Source of the DNA: Podarcis tiliguerta
Lineage: Eukaryota
DNA: 64,000 bases
Assembly: GCA_965153285.1 (NCBI GenBank)
Contig: OZ229129.1
Direction: 5' to 3' (one strand)
The position numbers and the translations under genes are program-made. Positions 48,401 to 62,838 of this stretch are shown piece after piece. Under the pieces are notes generated by a model that did no database searches, was not told where the DNA came from, and saw only the letters and a program-made list of their open reading frames with translations. The stretch's first letter is position 1, and each line of letters opens with the position of its first letter.

Positions 48401-48709
48401 TTTCCCCACCCTACGCAAGATTAACTTTTATGCACTAATTTGATGGAACACTGCAGCACAGAGAGAACAACATCTAAAACAAAGTGCCTATACATATGCA
48501 GTTTTGTTTTACTGTGTCTGCCATTAAATCGGGGGAGAACCCTGCAGAACCTAGTGCCCTACATTGCCTGACAAACATTTGAGAGTTTGGAGGAAATTGA
48601 AAAATACTTCAGAATATGATGAGTTCTGCTGGATCAGTCCAGTACAATCTGCTGCCAACAGTGACTAGCCAGATGGTTCTGGGAAGTTCACCAGCACGAG
48701 ATGAAGATA

Positions 48710-48968
48710 CCATATTTTTTGCTCTATAAGACTCACTTTTTCCCTTCTAAAAAGTAAGGGGAAATGTGTGTGCGTCTTATGGAGCGAATGCAGGCTGTGC
48801 AGCTATCCCAGAAGCCAGAACAGCAAGAGGGATTGCTGCTTTCACTGCGCAGCGATCCCTCTTGTTGTTCTGGCTCCTGAGATTTAGAATATTTTTTTTC
48901 CTGTTTTCCTCCTCCAAAAACTAGGTGCATCTTGTGGTCTGGTGCGTCTTATAGAGCGAAAAATATGG
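48710..48968. mobile_element. Tc1/mariner-type MITE
   Basis: TIRs ccatattttttgctctataagac / gtcttatagagcgaaaaatatgg, TA TSD. Confidence 0.9.
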
Positions 48969-50056
48969 TAACTGCCCACTGTTGCCCCAGGATTGCAATC
49001 TAAGCTATTTTGTTCATTTGTCTTTTTTTGTTTGTTTCTTTTTTAAAAAGCGAGCCTACCTAATTCACACCTTATGAGAAGTACATTTAGTAAAATGGTA
49101 AGGAAATGTGGCTATCAACCCCAAAATTTCTAGTTCAAGCCTGACAAGACAACATCTTCCACAGCTTCAAGCTGCCTTCCACTGAGTACATTTAGTTCTG
49201 CTTCACCTTCCCTGATTAGCAACTGATCTTCAAAGTTTCTGACAAAGCTCTTTTCACTCCTGCTACTAGCAATCGTTTTAACTGGAGATACTAGCAACTG
49301 AACTTAGAACCATTTGCATTTAATGCATCTGGTCTGCCACTAATCCATGTCCCCTTCATTCACATGTTGAGAAACTTTAGGGACGCTTGTAGTTGAGTTG
49401 CTAACATTTTTATTTTTTTAAAATTGTTGAGCTGTTCATTACTAAGGGCAGAACTGAACTGAAAGGATATATGAAATCAGCTCTCACTTTCTTTAGTATT
49501 CATAGGTTTCTCGTCAAATGGAATTGCAGACACTAATAGAATAATGTTCTTCTGTCTTCAAAGTAAGAGGCTAATTTTCAGGCATGAAGGTGGTTGATAA
49601 TGCATGAACATCTGTCTGTTTGTCTACCTTGGATATTACTTCGGGTGGAATTAACTCTGCGGCCTTTTTGTAATACAGATGGAGGAATAAAGCATATGCA
49701 TGGGGTTGCAAGAGACCCATTTCCATTATTTTGTCACTGCTTTTTGCATACTTACATTTTCCCCTCTGTAATTGAGCAAATACGGTGTTCTCGCACGTCC
49801 ACAGGCCTCTGTGCTTACTTTCATCTGCTCTGTGTTCATTGCTGTTCTGTGTTCACTTGAACATCTGCTATATCCTACCCCAGAGGAAGCTGCATTTTTG
49901 CAGTGGGTAGAATGATTCTTGTACATTAAGCCCAGACCTCCAAGCACTCTGTCAATGCATAGCCCATTTTACACAACAGAATGTGTGGTGGCAAGAGTTC
50001 ATTGAGGATCAGGCTGATATCTTGCAGGCAGCATAGGGATCCTTGAAAGGTAGAAG

Positions 50057-50057
<1 letters not shown>

Positions 50058-50101
<44 letters not shown>
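50058..50101. repeat. (AT)n microsatellite
   Basis: Dinucleotide run. Confidence 0.95.
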
Positions 50102-50105
<4 letters not shown>

Positions 50106-53100
50106 TAATAATTACTTGCAACTGAAGCAATCATTATGTTGTAAATGTGCATAGCCCCCAAAGAACATTTTGATTTTTATCTGTGCTGCAATAAGAATTT
50201 GAACCAGAGTGTTTCAGAAGATGATAATTATGTGATTTTGTTTGCTTATCTTGCTGCAAAAAGTTGAGATTTGTGTTTTTGATAAAAGTGCTCTAAAAGA
50301 GAACAATGATACATTGGGTCTCATATTGAAAAGGCTTTTTTTAAAAAAAATTGCTTCAGAAGAGGGAGAACTAAAGCCCAAAGGGGATGCCAAGTGGGAC
50401 AGATGTGCTATGCTAGCTTCCCAGCAAGTGGGTCCCTGTTGCCTACCAGTACAAAGAGGGGCAAGGTGATGGAGAAGTCAATGTGCGAAGCTTGCTGAAC
50501 ACCTGGTTCCCCAAGCAACAGTGACCCACCTGCTGGGATGCCAACATAGCAGCTTCACCAAGCAAACCAGTTCTGCCTAAAGCCCTATTCAGCCATTACA
50601 TTCCCTTATGTGTAATGCTCTCACTAATGGGGCATTAAGGGGTCAAAAGTAGGAGCCACAGAAAAATGGTGGAGAACATTTATAGAAAAATTTGCAAAGA
50701 TGCTTTTTCTAGGAGGAGGTAGGTGAGAAACATGTCTCAGAAAAATACAATTTCTTTAAAGAAATGTTGATTTAATGTTGGTCTTCATTTTCATTGAGTG
50801 CAGGGCTAACAATATCTAGTAGCCATGATAGCTCTGTTTCACCTCCTCTACAGGAGGTAGTATGCCTCCCCCAGGTGCTGGGAACGGAGAGAATTGTGGC
50901 ATTCAGGTTCTGTTTGTGTACATCCTGTAGACATCTGATTGACCAGGGTGAGATCTGGGTGCTGGATGAGATAGTCCTTTGGCCTGATCCAGCAGGCTCT
51001 TCTTATACTCACTGCTGCCATTTCAACACTATTGTAGGGAGGAAATGGTGAAGAAATTTCTGTAAAGTGGATTTTTTGGGGGACAGGGAGTGAGAAAAAA
51101 AAAAGAAATATAAAACATCTTCTAAGAGGTTTTGGCTCAGCTCTAATTTTTTATCTTCATTTTTAACTTTATATCCCCCTGAAGGTTCTATGATTTTATC
51201 AAGCAGGTATGCAACCTTTTGTTTATTTGTAAAGTGGAGCGGGACTATTTTATCTGGTAGATTAATGGCATTCTGCATGGTGGGGAGTATGTGAGTTGTT
51301 GTTGTTGTTAGTATATGAGTTGAGTATGTGAGACCACCCCCTTCTAATCTCTGCTCTATTAATAATATCAGAGATGATACCTACTTCAGAAATCTATTTC
51401 TCCTATTGTACACTGTTGCTTAGATACAACGGATGGTTAGAAGTACATTGAATGGGGACAAGAAGAAGAAAAACAAGAACATTCAATATAAAGTCCAGCT
51501 GACATGCAGAATCCCCCTTCTCCATCCTTGATAGACTTTCAGATTAATAAGTCTGAGTCATCAAGACATGTAAATGCTCCCAGCAAGAGGTTTAAAAAAT
51601 GGCTAGCACAAACCCGGGGTAACTTTTAACTCATCCTTCTTCCTGTTGTGATTCCACCTTCCTACTCGTAGTAAGCTTTTTTAATTTTGTTTTTACTCTG
51701 ACCTACTCCCCAAAGTCAGAAATGCCTTTTTCAGGCATTCTACTTACGTGCAAAACCAACACATGTATTGGGAGAGCAGACATGAGTGTGTTAGCTCCTG
51801 TCATCATCACCATCTATAAACTGGAGGGCAAGCTTTTGAACTTCATGACTTAGGACCTTGATTTTCCATGGTTCTAAAAAAGGCTATGGAGTCTCCATGA
51901 GTTTAAGAGACGTCCAATCCCAGATGATCATCCTCCAAGCAGTTTTGATGCAAGTCTACTTTCCACCCTGGGCAAGACAAACTACTTGCACCTCCCCCCA
52001 CCCCACAATGACTAACTTCAGTCCCCCCCAAAAAAAGCACAAAACTTGAAACTTCTAAATTTATTTTAAATTGCAAAAATACGTAATAGAACAATGTTTG
52101 ATTATCTTTCTCAAATATGAAAGAAAATGTTTCAGTGTACAAATTATTTTGAATAATCTTGTGAATTGTTTTCTTAAAATTTAAGTATCTTAAAAGTTTC
52201 AATTTCAGGCACATTAAAAACTCACTTTGTGTGCCTTCTTCAAATTTGTTTGGGTAGGTTTTTTAGGGCAAAGGAACATTCTTCAAGGGCAAGTGCTCAC
52301 AACTGTAACCCAATAACCTTCTAATAATATTAGTTTCCTAACATCATTTTCCAAATAACTATTTATTGAACAGATTTATGTATTGTTCTCACAAGGAAGA
52401 AAATGTTACCATTGTAAACAAACTTACACAGATGTATATTCCAGTTTACTTTTAAACCAAATTAATGTTCCTTTTGGATCCTTTAATACTGTAATTCCAG
52501 AATGTCATATCTGTTTTATTTCATCTCTGTGTATCTTTCAATAGTTATTAACACAGATGTGCTTCATTTATTGAGCCCCAGATTTTAACTTACACACTCC
52601 CATTTCAGCTTGGTTAATACCCATTTTTTTTTATTTGGTTATTGTTCTCCAAATCTCAGAACTCATCACTGAGTCAGCTAATTTGCCCCTGGTTAGCAAT
52701 TAATTCATGAATATGAGATGCACAGACATTCTAATAACTTTCCATATTCTAACTCATGTCATGGTGAGAATGCCTTGATACTACACAGAGAATAACTCAG
52801 GGACGGGGAATCAAAAGTTGTTTGACTGCAATGCCCATCATCCCTGGCCACCAAACATACTGGCTGTGGCTAATGGGAGATGGAGTCCCACAACCTATGG
52901 AGGGCCACAGGTTCCCCATCCCTGGTAAGACTGAACAACCATAGCTTAGTGATGCTTGGTGGTAATTAGTAGGACTTTCAGAATTTACCCAGACAAGTAA
53001 ATTTTGACATGTTTGAATCTTTTAGCTATTAATTTTAATAATATTTTAAAATTATTGATTATTTTAATATCTATTATAAACTGTTTGGAGGTTTTACTAC

Positions 53101-56100
53101 AACCAAGAGGTGTATAAATTTGGATAAAGGGGGGGGGGAATAAACAGTGGTAGAGGAAATGGTTAAAAAAGACACCCTTCTGAAACACTAGAGAGCCTAT
53201 GCCAATAAGAGTAGGTTGACTATATAAATTCTATAATTCGCAGATTAAACTTGGAGAATTAGCACTCCTGGCAGACAACTGATACTCATTTCCCTTCCCT
53301 TCCAGCCAAGGCCAGCCCACCCTTGAGACAAGGTGAAGCAACTACCTCTGGGGCAGCAGGTTCTGCTGTCAATCTTTTTCTCCCCCCCGCCTTTGTTCCT
53401 GATGTAGACCTTCCCTCACCCTTTCTTCCTTGGTGGGGAGGGGGGCACCATTTTGTAGATCAACTTGTGTTTCAAAATCCAGCTATAAGCAGGGGACTTT
53501 CGGTGATGCCACACCCAGATTTTGAAACTCCCTGTCTAGGTAGACACATTTTGTCACCTCATTACAGCATTTAGTCCTCTTTAGGAAGACTTTTGGCCTT
53601 TAGATGCTGGCTACTTGAGACTGAGCAAGATGGCCTAATGGCCTGACTTGCTGTCAGGCTGATTCCTATATTTCTATGATAGATTATTGTTATGGTTTCT
53701 ACAAAGTGAATAGTAAATAGTTGTGAGATGGTGAATTGTTTGCACTCTGGCTGAAATATGTAGGGGCATGTTTACCACATGGATTATGAATCTGCCTGGC
53801 AACTGAGAATGTCATGGGGCAATGTGGGAAATGGGAGGAAAAAATGTGTCTGAAATGGGCTTAGTTTAAAATTAGGCCTGACGTTGAACTAAGTGGATCA
53901 TGTTGATATTATCCATAAATCAGTCTAACATTCAGCAGTTGCCCCAAGCAAATGTGAATTAAAAGTGCGCTAAAACTGTGTGCTTTATTTATTATTCAAG
54001 AAGGGTTTTTTGTGTGTGTGTTTGTGGAAGGGGTTATATAAGCCTCTATACCATTGCAGATAGGAAGCCTACAAACAGGGTATGAAGGCGATGCCTGCAC
54101 TCTCTTGTTTATTTCCTGGTAATTAGTATCCAATGGCATATTTTACATGCAGATTGAATTTCCCAACACAAACCCTTATATGAAAATTTGGCCTGAGCTG
54201 TTGTCAGTTTGCTTTTCTTTGAGCTCTTCAGCCTTTAACTTGCTTCTCATAATTCAGATGGATACTTCCTTACTTCCTATTTATCTCTTTCCCCCATCCT
54301 GATGCATGACACTTTTTAATATATTTGTGAGTTTAAAAAATAAATTTACAAAATCAATGTCTTTTATTTGACAACCCCTTGCTGTGTTCTTTGTTATAAA
54401 TCTAGATTGAAGCTTTAATTGATGCAGGGTATTGTGGCCAAATAAAATATAATGAAAACATTGATAGAGCTGGTTAGGTGGAGGTTATTAGCATCCGTTT
54501 TAAAATATTAATTGACCTGGCAGGAGGCCTGATAGAATGAAAGAGTAAAGAGGGAAAATATGGTTTGAAACATTCAATGGCAGATGTATTACATATAACA
54601 GATAGCTATAACAGATAGCTTCAATAGGACAACCATGTTAATTTTCTCCTTGAGTGAAAGGCCAATGACTTCAAAAAGCCCGTGTTCCTACAGCAATAAA
54701 AGTTCTAAATCTCTTGGGACAAATATTTTCTTTCCTAACGAAGACACATTAGGTCACTCAGTGGGGAAAGGAGCATTTTAGTATAATGGAGAAAAATATA
54801 TATTGAACATGACAGGTTCTATGCAGGGTTTATAGCCTTAATCTTCTGAATATGAGAGGATATAGGAATATGGGATAGGATTGTTTCCAGGCAAACTAGA
54901 TGAGGATGATATGGCCCTCCAGATGTCGTTGACTATAACTGCCATCATCACCGGTCATACTTGCTGGGGCAAGACCCAGGCAGCCACAGATCCCTAAACC
55001 TGCTCTAAAGGAAGCATTTAGAACTGAGTTTTTAAATAAAGGGTGGCTCTAATATGCTATTGGGAGAAACAATGTACCTGGCCCAGGATGATGAGTAAGA
55101 GGAAATCTGGCCCTTATGATTGATTGGGTGGTGTAAAGTTTTCTTCCAGAAATTTCTATGCTGTTGTCAGCAACTCACAATAATTTCCCCCATCTGAAAT
55201 TCCCCATTTGAGAAATTCAACACTTTAGCATGTTGTCGGGTTAACATTTGTGATGTTTTCAAGGCTAGCTATGATCTAGTGTCAGTCCTTGGAGGACAAA
55301 CCAAACACTCCACAGGCCAATGACCTTGAGGACCAGGCAGAGGCCCCTGAAACAGATGCTGAGGATCCCCTTGAGGGGTCCTTTGGGGTGATACTTTTTG
55401 AATAACTCCTGACAGAGAAGGAGATGCCCCCCCCCAGTCCTCGAGAGTGTCAATGTCAAAAGATTCAGGTATAGCCTATTGATGTAGTGTGTGCATATAT
55501 TCACCAGTCTCTTGTGAGTCTCTTGTGAGTAAGCAGTCTCTATATACTTTAACTGCCAGTGGTTCTGGTTAGAGTATTGTTAGGGAAGCCAGAGTATACA
55601 AGGCCTCCCTCTCAAGCCTTTGAGACAGCAGATATCTCTGGGCCCTTCTAGTACTTTTTCGAGACTACAGATATCTCTGGGCCCTTCTAGTAACTTATAA
55701 TGCCTCCTGTCTTGCTGAATTCCCTGTGATCTTGACCATAGACTGTTGCTTGGTCTGGTTTCTCAGATATATTTTGGATCTAGGCTGATTCATGTGCTTG
55801 ACCTTGGCTAGTTGAGTCTATGCTATACCTTAAATACTGCTCTCTTGGGGAAGTGTTTTGGTATAAAATTTGTCTTCTTAGGACTTAGACCCTATTGACT
55901 GAGGGCACCCCCCCTCCCCGGTATGTTAGACCAATATCTGTTCCTGGTTGGATTGTTGTTTTAACAATATTCACATCCATTGTGCTTTACAAATGAGGGG
56001 GAAAATAGGCCTTTATTTCAGTTCTAGGTACTTAGGATTGATTACAGTAGAGCAGAGTTAGGGTAGTTCTGGTCTTGGACTCCCATTATCCTTGGCTATT

Positions 56101-56321
56101 GTCTACGCTGACTGGGGCTCATGTGAGTTGGAGTCCAGTAATATCAGGAGGACCATAATTTCCCTGGCTCTGCAATAGATTATGGTGACTAGGGGCTTGT
56201 TTCAAAAGCTTCAAAGAAAAGGTATAGTTATGGGGGATTTTTGAGTGAGATTGGATGGAAGAAGGAAGGTGGCATCACAGAGATGCTATCTTGTTTATAT
56301 GGGGAGGTGCTAGAATGAATA

Positions 56322-56689
56322 GGGATGCGGGTGGTGCTGTGGGTTAAACTACTGAGCCTAGGGCTTGCTGATCTGAAGGTTGGCGGTTTGAATCCCTGTG
56401 ACGGGGTGAGCGCCCGTATTTCGGTCCCTGCTTCTGCCCACCTGGCAGTTTGAAAGCACGTCAAAGTGCAAGTAGATAAATAGATAGTGCTCTGGCGGGA
56501 AGGTAAACGGTGTTTCCGTGCGCTGCTCTGGTTTCGCCAGAAGCGGCTTAGTCATGCTGGCCACATGACCTGGAAAAACTGTCTGCAGACAAAAGCCGGC
56601 TCCCTCAGCCAGTAAAGCGAGATGAGCATTGCAACCAGAGTTGTCTGCGACTGGACTTAACTGTCAGGGGTCTCTTTACCTTTACTTTA
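56322..56689 (+). mobile_element. Sauria SINE, full length
   Basis: Typical head, body and tail; 13-bp TSD ctag(a/g)atgaatag at 56310 and 56690. Confidence 0.93.
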
Positions 56690-58831
56690 CTAGGATGAAT
56701 AGATATTGTGAGTGCAGAAGGACATATGAAGAGGGAGAACTCTTCACGAGTAGTAGGATGTGTAGAACAAGGAACAGTTAAATTCATTATGGGCTGAATG
56801 TTCTGTAATACAAGTGAAGAATTTGCTGGAGGAATGCTTTTGAACTGTCCCTGTGTGAATGGCTGCCACTTGGTATCCATGAGAAAATTGTCCATTTAGT
56901 GTGGCCAGTCCAACAGTGTGGAATCAATGCCCTCCTGTTGGAGATCTGTCAGACATCTTCACTTCTTATTTTTAGACATGCTTTGAAGACTTTTTCTTTG
57001 TTTGTTTCAACAGCCCTTTTCAGTTGGATGACCTATATGAGATTGGCCAGAACTTCCTTATGATATTTTCTGCTTTTATATTTTTCTTGCCTATGTTGAT
57101 ATTTTATAGCTAGTGTGCAATGCTTAGATGTTTTCTATTCAATAAATAACTGATTGTGGCTGACTTTAGTATCAGCAGCAGCAACAATGTATGAGTGAGC
57201 TGGATATCAGTTTTATATGTTTGCTAGACACTGTCCAGAGAAGTTTTTAATGTTTGATATTTTTACTGTGCTTTATATTTGTAATTTGTTGGAAGCTGCC
57301 CAGGGTGGCTGGGGCAACCCAGTCAGATGGGTGGCCTATAACTAATAAATTGATTCCTTGCTTATTTATTTATCCATCATCATCATCATCATCATCAGGG
57401 TTGTGGTCCTCTCTGAATCAGCCTCCTTAGATGCCCCATACTATGGAACTAATCTCTGTGTGTAGATCAATCTGGGCTCCCATGAAAGGAAGTGCAATGC
57501 AGACAGATGGGCGGAGTATAAGTAATAAATTGTTGTTGTTGTTTTTATGGATTTGGAGGAGGGACGTAGGTGCGGGGAGAGAGCCCAGCCAACCATCAGG
57601 CTAGAAGAAGAGAAAGAGCAGCTGTTTCAAAGCAAATGCAAAAATTCTAATGTGAGAAGCATAGGCATCAGAATAATATTGAATTAGGCCCTTGGTCCAT
57701 CTACCTCAGCACTGACTGGCAGTAGTCTTCTGGGTTTCCAGGTTTCTCTTCCAATCCTAGCTGGAGATATTGTAGATTGAACCCAGGACTTTGTAAGCAG
57801 TGTTTTCTCTCACACATGTGCAGTAATAGGCTATTTGTCCATTGTACAGTAAATGAATGTTCTTCTAAGTTTTATGTGTCCAGACAAATTCTAGCTCCTT
57901 TCTATTTTACTAAATAGGTTTAAAACCCACCCCTGCAATTGCTGAATTAATTCTGACTGGAAACGGGTCATTTTAAGACACTCAAAATATTCAAGTAAGT
58001 GTGTTTTATTATCTTAAATAAAATCTGTCGGGGAAAACATTATAAAAACAAACTTTTCCTCAGCACTTCAGCTTATACCACTGCTGCTATATTTATCAAT
58101 AAAATGATAGCTTTGGTTTATGGGCTGTCTTGTTGACAGAACCTTTCTTGTAATTATTTATCTGGTCTCTTTCTGCCTTTTCTTCATTTGACAAGTTGTT
58201 TCAACCTTTTTTTATTGTTTCTTGACAACTTAAATACATTCCTTTAATAAAAGGCAAATATATTTTGGCTAAGAAATATTGGGATGCCGGTGTGCATTTC
58301 AGAATGAATCGATATCAGCTTCATTTTAAGCTGTGGCATTTTCTGTGCAGTGTACAGAAATACTTCAATTTCTTTGTTTCCTCGGTCTGGGAATGAGCTC
58401 TTAGACATGTGTTATTCCAGGGTAGCCACAGCACTGTTCCTGCTTAACAACACTGGGGCAAAATTGGTATATCTGGGCTGCAACTGCAGCCATTCTCTAC
58501 CAATTGGCTCCAAGGTTTTTTTTTGGGGGGGGGGTGCTTTGAGCAACATATACTAGAAAATCGGCTTTGCATGCATAAGTTCCCCATAAGACATCACTAA
58601 TCCTGCAGAGTTCATGCCAGAAATGAGTAACCAAGGCTGTACTAGACGGACCAGAGTTCTGCCTTGGTTCAAGGCAGCTTCCTGTGTTTCTCTCCATTTG
58701 CACCAATATCCTCCATGCTATTGTCACAACAGTAATTTGTCTGTCCTGTCCCTCTAGGTCCAATTTGCATCACTGCTCAGAGAGAGAGGGTGATGCAGCT
58801 ACAGGTTGCTGTTCTCCTTTCTCTTGTAATA

Positions 58832-59056
58832 CAGTGGTACCTCGGGTTACATACGCTTCAGGTTACATACGCTTCAGGTTACAGACTCCGCTAACCCAGA
58901 AATATTACCTCAGGTTAAGAACTTTGCTTCAGGATGAGAACAGAAATTGTGCAGCGGGAGGCCCCATTAGCTAAAGTGGTGCTTCAGGTTAAGAACAGTT
59001 TCAGGTTAAGTACGGACCTCCGGAACAAATTAAGTACTTAACCCGAGGTACCACTG
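58832..59056. mobile_element. pogo/Tigger-type MITE (inverted sister of 9831-10071)
   Basis: TIRs cagtggtacctcgggtta / taacccgaggtaccactg, TA TSD. Confidence 0.92.
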
Positions 59057-59181
59057 TATAGGAAGCAACCTCATACAGGCTCAGACCATTGGTCCATCTC
59101 ATTCAGAATTGTCTATGCCGACTAGCAGCCACTCTCCAGTTTCAGACAAGGAACATTTCCTGCTCTACCTGGGAATTCTGT

Positions 59182-59270
59182 GGATTAGCTCCGCCAACAG
59201 AGCAGAAGACTCTTAATCTCAGGGTCATGGGTTCAAGCACCACATTGGGAAGAAGAATTCCTGCACTGCG
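59182..59270 (+). mobile_element. tRNA-Lys(CTT)-derived SINE head
   Basis: agactcttaatctcagggtcatgggttcaagcaccacattggg matches the tRNA-Lys anticodon and T arms; D-arm degraded; followed by CR1-like attcctgcac. Confidence 0.7.
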
Positions 59271-62200
59271 TTCTTTTGCATCTCCAGGTGGGATGGGGTG
59301 GGGGTTCTCCTTGATGGAGAGCTGCTGCCAGTCAGTGTGGACAAAGCTGAACTAAATGAACCATTGGTCTGACTAAGTATAAGGCAGTTTCCTGTGTTCT
59401 TATTCCGTCTGCTCACACAATGGCCCTCCAATTTATGGATTCCATCTCCTGTACATAAAATTTGCCCCAATTGCTGCCTCCCCACACCTTCCTCTTCCAT
59501 AGGGAGCCAACCATGTTGGCACAGTCTACCACAGACCGTTTTCTGGACCTTTGTGGACTATTTTTTAAAATTACCCTTTCTCTTCATTAGATGCCTGGCT
59601 ATCGCTTGCTTAACCTTTTTTTTTCTAAATGTACATTTTAATTGATCCTAGAAGGAAACTCTAATAGTTTCCTCACGGTCTCCCGGCAGCCAATGCCTCA
59701 GGTTTAGAAACATGTCAGTCCCGTGTCTGAATGGTTTCTAGCATGCGGAAGCTTGGGCTGAAATTTATGACACTGCCTTTGGACTTTTATTCTTTTACAA
59801 GCTGGGTAAATCATCAAGAGCTGAAATGTCTTGTTAAAAATGGAGCATGGGTTTATTCTGGGAGCCAGAGGGGAAATGATGCATGGGTTGGTTTTGCAAA
59901 ATGAAAGCTCCATTTTGAACTCCATCATTAATGACACCGTGGATCAAATCTGCCCAGGTTACCCTTTTTAAAGTCTCAATGAAACCTGCTAATTAAAGGA
60001 TAGCTTAATGAAGAGAATTAATGGCTAGGTAGCTAACAACTATTCAGGAGAGACGAATATTGTCACTTGGAGAAATATACTGAGCATGTAGATCAACATA
60101 GCGCACCACATGAAAAGTATCTTTATTTGTTGTGAAAATGAGTTAAGTCACACAATGGGCATAAAAACATTCTCACTAGCTATTCAAAACACTTGGTGAA
60201 TATAAAGAGACTCAGTGAGTAGACCTCCAGGCTGTGCGGCTGATGAAATATCACAGCAATCTAATGATACCAATTCCAGCAGACTTCCTGTATTTTAATT
60301 CGATGGCGATAAGGAACGCTCCTCTCCCCACACCTCGGAAACTGTTAGTTTCACGAAATAAATTTACGACTGAACAATTGCTGTGTGGAGACATGGTTGA
60401 TTCTGTAACAAGGTGCGTCAAAGGAAGTACTTTATGGTGGGATCAAGATAAGATCTCATATGAACCTCTTGAAGAGCTACACTCTGTTTCTGAGGCCCTA
60501 CTGGACCGACCGCAAATAGAGCTTTAGCTAGTGAGAACAAAAGGTAGGGCCTTGTCTTTTGTGGCACCTGATTATGGAACCATCTCCACAGAGACCCTCT
60601 TCATTTCTTGCTTTTGAGAGTCCCATTTCAGTGAACTCCATTACTTGCTAAGGCCTTCAGGATAGTGTGAGCAATTTTTAAAAAATGTTTTCTCCGTGTT
60701 TTCCAATGTTCTAATTATCTGCTCTTTTACCTTCTAAAAAAATAATTTTATTGTTTTGGTTTGTAAACTTCCTTGTGTCTGCTGAGAAGTGAAAGGCAGA
60801 ATACAAATGTTGGGAGGAATCAATAAGTTCAATTCGTTTTACAATTGTCAAAATCCTGGATTCTAACATTGTGTATACAATTATGTGTACTGAGGCTTTC
60901 TTCTATGCTGCTCTGGTAAACCAGCATCCAAAGTTTCAGGTTGAGGCTGAAGAATGATCTCACAGTTTAAGTCTATGGACCCAGAGTTGCTGGACTACAT
61001 GTGAGTAAACAATCTCTGATACTCTGTCATTACTACCAGCTGTGGTTAGGGTGTGCATTATGAGGCCAAAGTATATAAGGCCTTCCTCTTGAGTCTTCTA
61101 GTTTATGAAAAGAGCAAATGTCTCTGGCTCCTAGTTTTTTATTCTAGTCTCCCTGCCTTCAGTTATACTGAATTCCCTGTTATACTGATTCTGAGCTGTT
61201 GCCTAACTTTGTCTATGGATCGTGTCTGGATCTAGACTGATTGTCTGTGCTTGACCTTGGTTTGTTTGCACTGTGCTGCATCTGCAACCTTTCCCTCATT
61301 GTTGAGTACTTTGAGTACTTTTGGTGGAGGATTATATTTTCTGTAACTGGGACCCTAGCCCCTGAGAGTATCCCCTAGAACACGACAGTATCGTGGTGGG
61401 TAAGCCAACCAAGGCCATCCAATAAGCTACATGGCTGAATGATGATTTTAATCAAAGTTCAAGTCAATTATTCTTTCCACCACATCACACTGCTTTTATG
61501 ATATATATTCATGTTGAAAATTGCATTCATCAGGGATGTAGTGAGTCGGAACTTGCCCCTCAGATATTCTCACACAATACATGGCTCTGGGAAAACCTTT
61601 TTTGGGCCTGGTGAGAAGATTTCCTATGAAAATGTGTGTAAGGATAAATTCTCACTAAAGTGCAGATAATTTTTTATGAGAACTTAAATTTATTAAAGCA
61701 AACTGATGTGGAAATGTAGAGAATTGAGCTATGGAAAACTGAGGGGAACCATAACCCATCCCTGGCAAAGTGGCAGCATCTTGTAGCTTCACACAGGGAT
61801 TAAGAAGGGGAGAAATGGGGTGCTAGTCACCTAATTCAAACTCATGAAACAATATTCAAACTGAAACCTGGCTATTCTTCAAATTTTGCACTTTTTCTAA
61901 TTCTGTGATGCAGTTCTTCAGTCAAATAAAGGGTACAATAATATGTGTATTAGGGGAAAGTATGCAGAATGGTGAAAATAAGATACAAAATATTATATTG
62001 GGGAAAGTTGCTTGCAAAAGAATGTGAATCTTAGGCAAAATTGTATTCAAAAAGGTGTAGCCTAGGGGAAATGTGCAGCAAAATATTTAAAAACCATAAA
62101 CTGATAGGAGAGTGCAGAGACTGAATTTGTGAGTTTCATCCATCCCTACCTGAGAGTAAGCCCGATTAAATTAAATGAAACTTACTTCTGAGTTGACTTG

Positions 62201-62838
62201 CATAAGACTGCGCTATTGATCTTTCATTCTGTGTGAGAACCCTATTTGAATGCAGTGCATGACTGGAAATTAAGGCCTCCAAACAATCTAATTTTCCATT
62301 ACCACTATCCACTGTGTAAAGTTACTATGTTACTGATTAGTCTGATAAATGTATTGACCAAATGGCAAAGTGTTATTTACTGGGATAAATTCTAATAATG
62401 GAGGTAATTAAAGATACAAACCTAGAACAATGGCATCCAGAGGCTCATATATCATAATTTCAGATGAACGATAATTGTTTTAGGAATGGTTAAAGTCACC
62501 TTTATGTATGAAAAGGAATTCTCTCTGTAGCTTGGCTGCTTCTTTTCTGTGTTCCTTTATGTGGAACTAGCTAGCTATGTGACCCAACCAAACAGGATTC
62601 TTGTACTTCCTTTGTCCCCGCTTTGCATCTTGTAATAGCCAATAGAAGTACCATACAATGTCCTGTACTCACAAGAAATCAGTCTTTTATCTTTCCAGAA
62701 CCTATGTTCTGGAAACCCCCCCCCCCCACCCAATGATTTTAGGCAGGAACTGTACTGTTTTCCAATGCCTGCTGAAACCATGTTTGTTTGTTTGTTTGTT
62801 TGTTTAGAGAAGCCTACACAATTTTGCAAATTTGACAT

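Noticed and set aside
55629-55692. 25-bp direct repeat with spacer (also 8062-8116, 4812-4854, 29195-29226)
   Set aside because: Two-copy local tandem duplications in eukaryotic DNA, not CRISPR or functional arrays
59182-59250. tRNA-Lys gene
   Set aside because: D-arm and acceptor stem are degenerate and a LINE-like tail follows: SINE-derived
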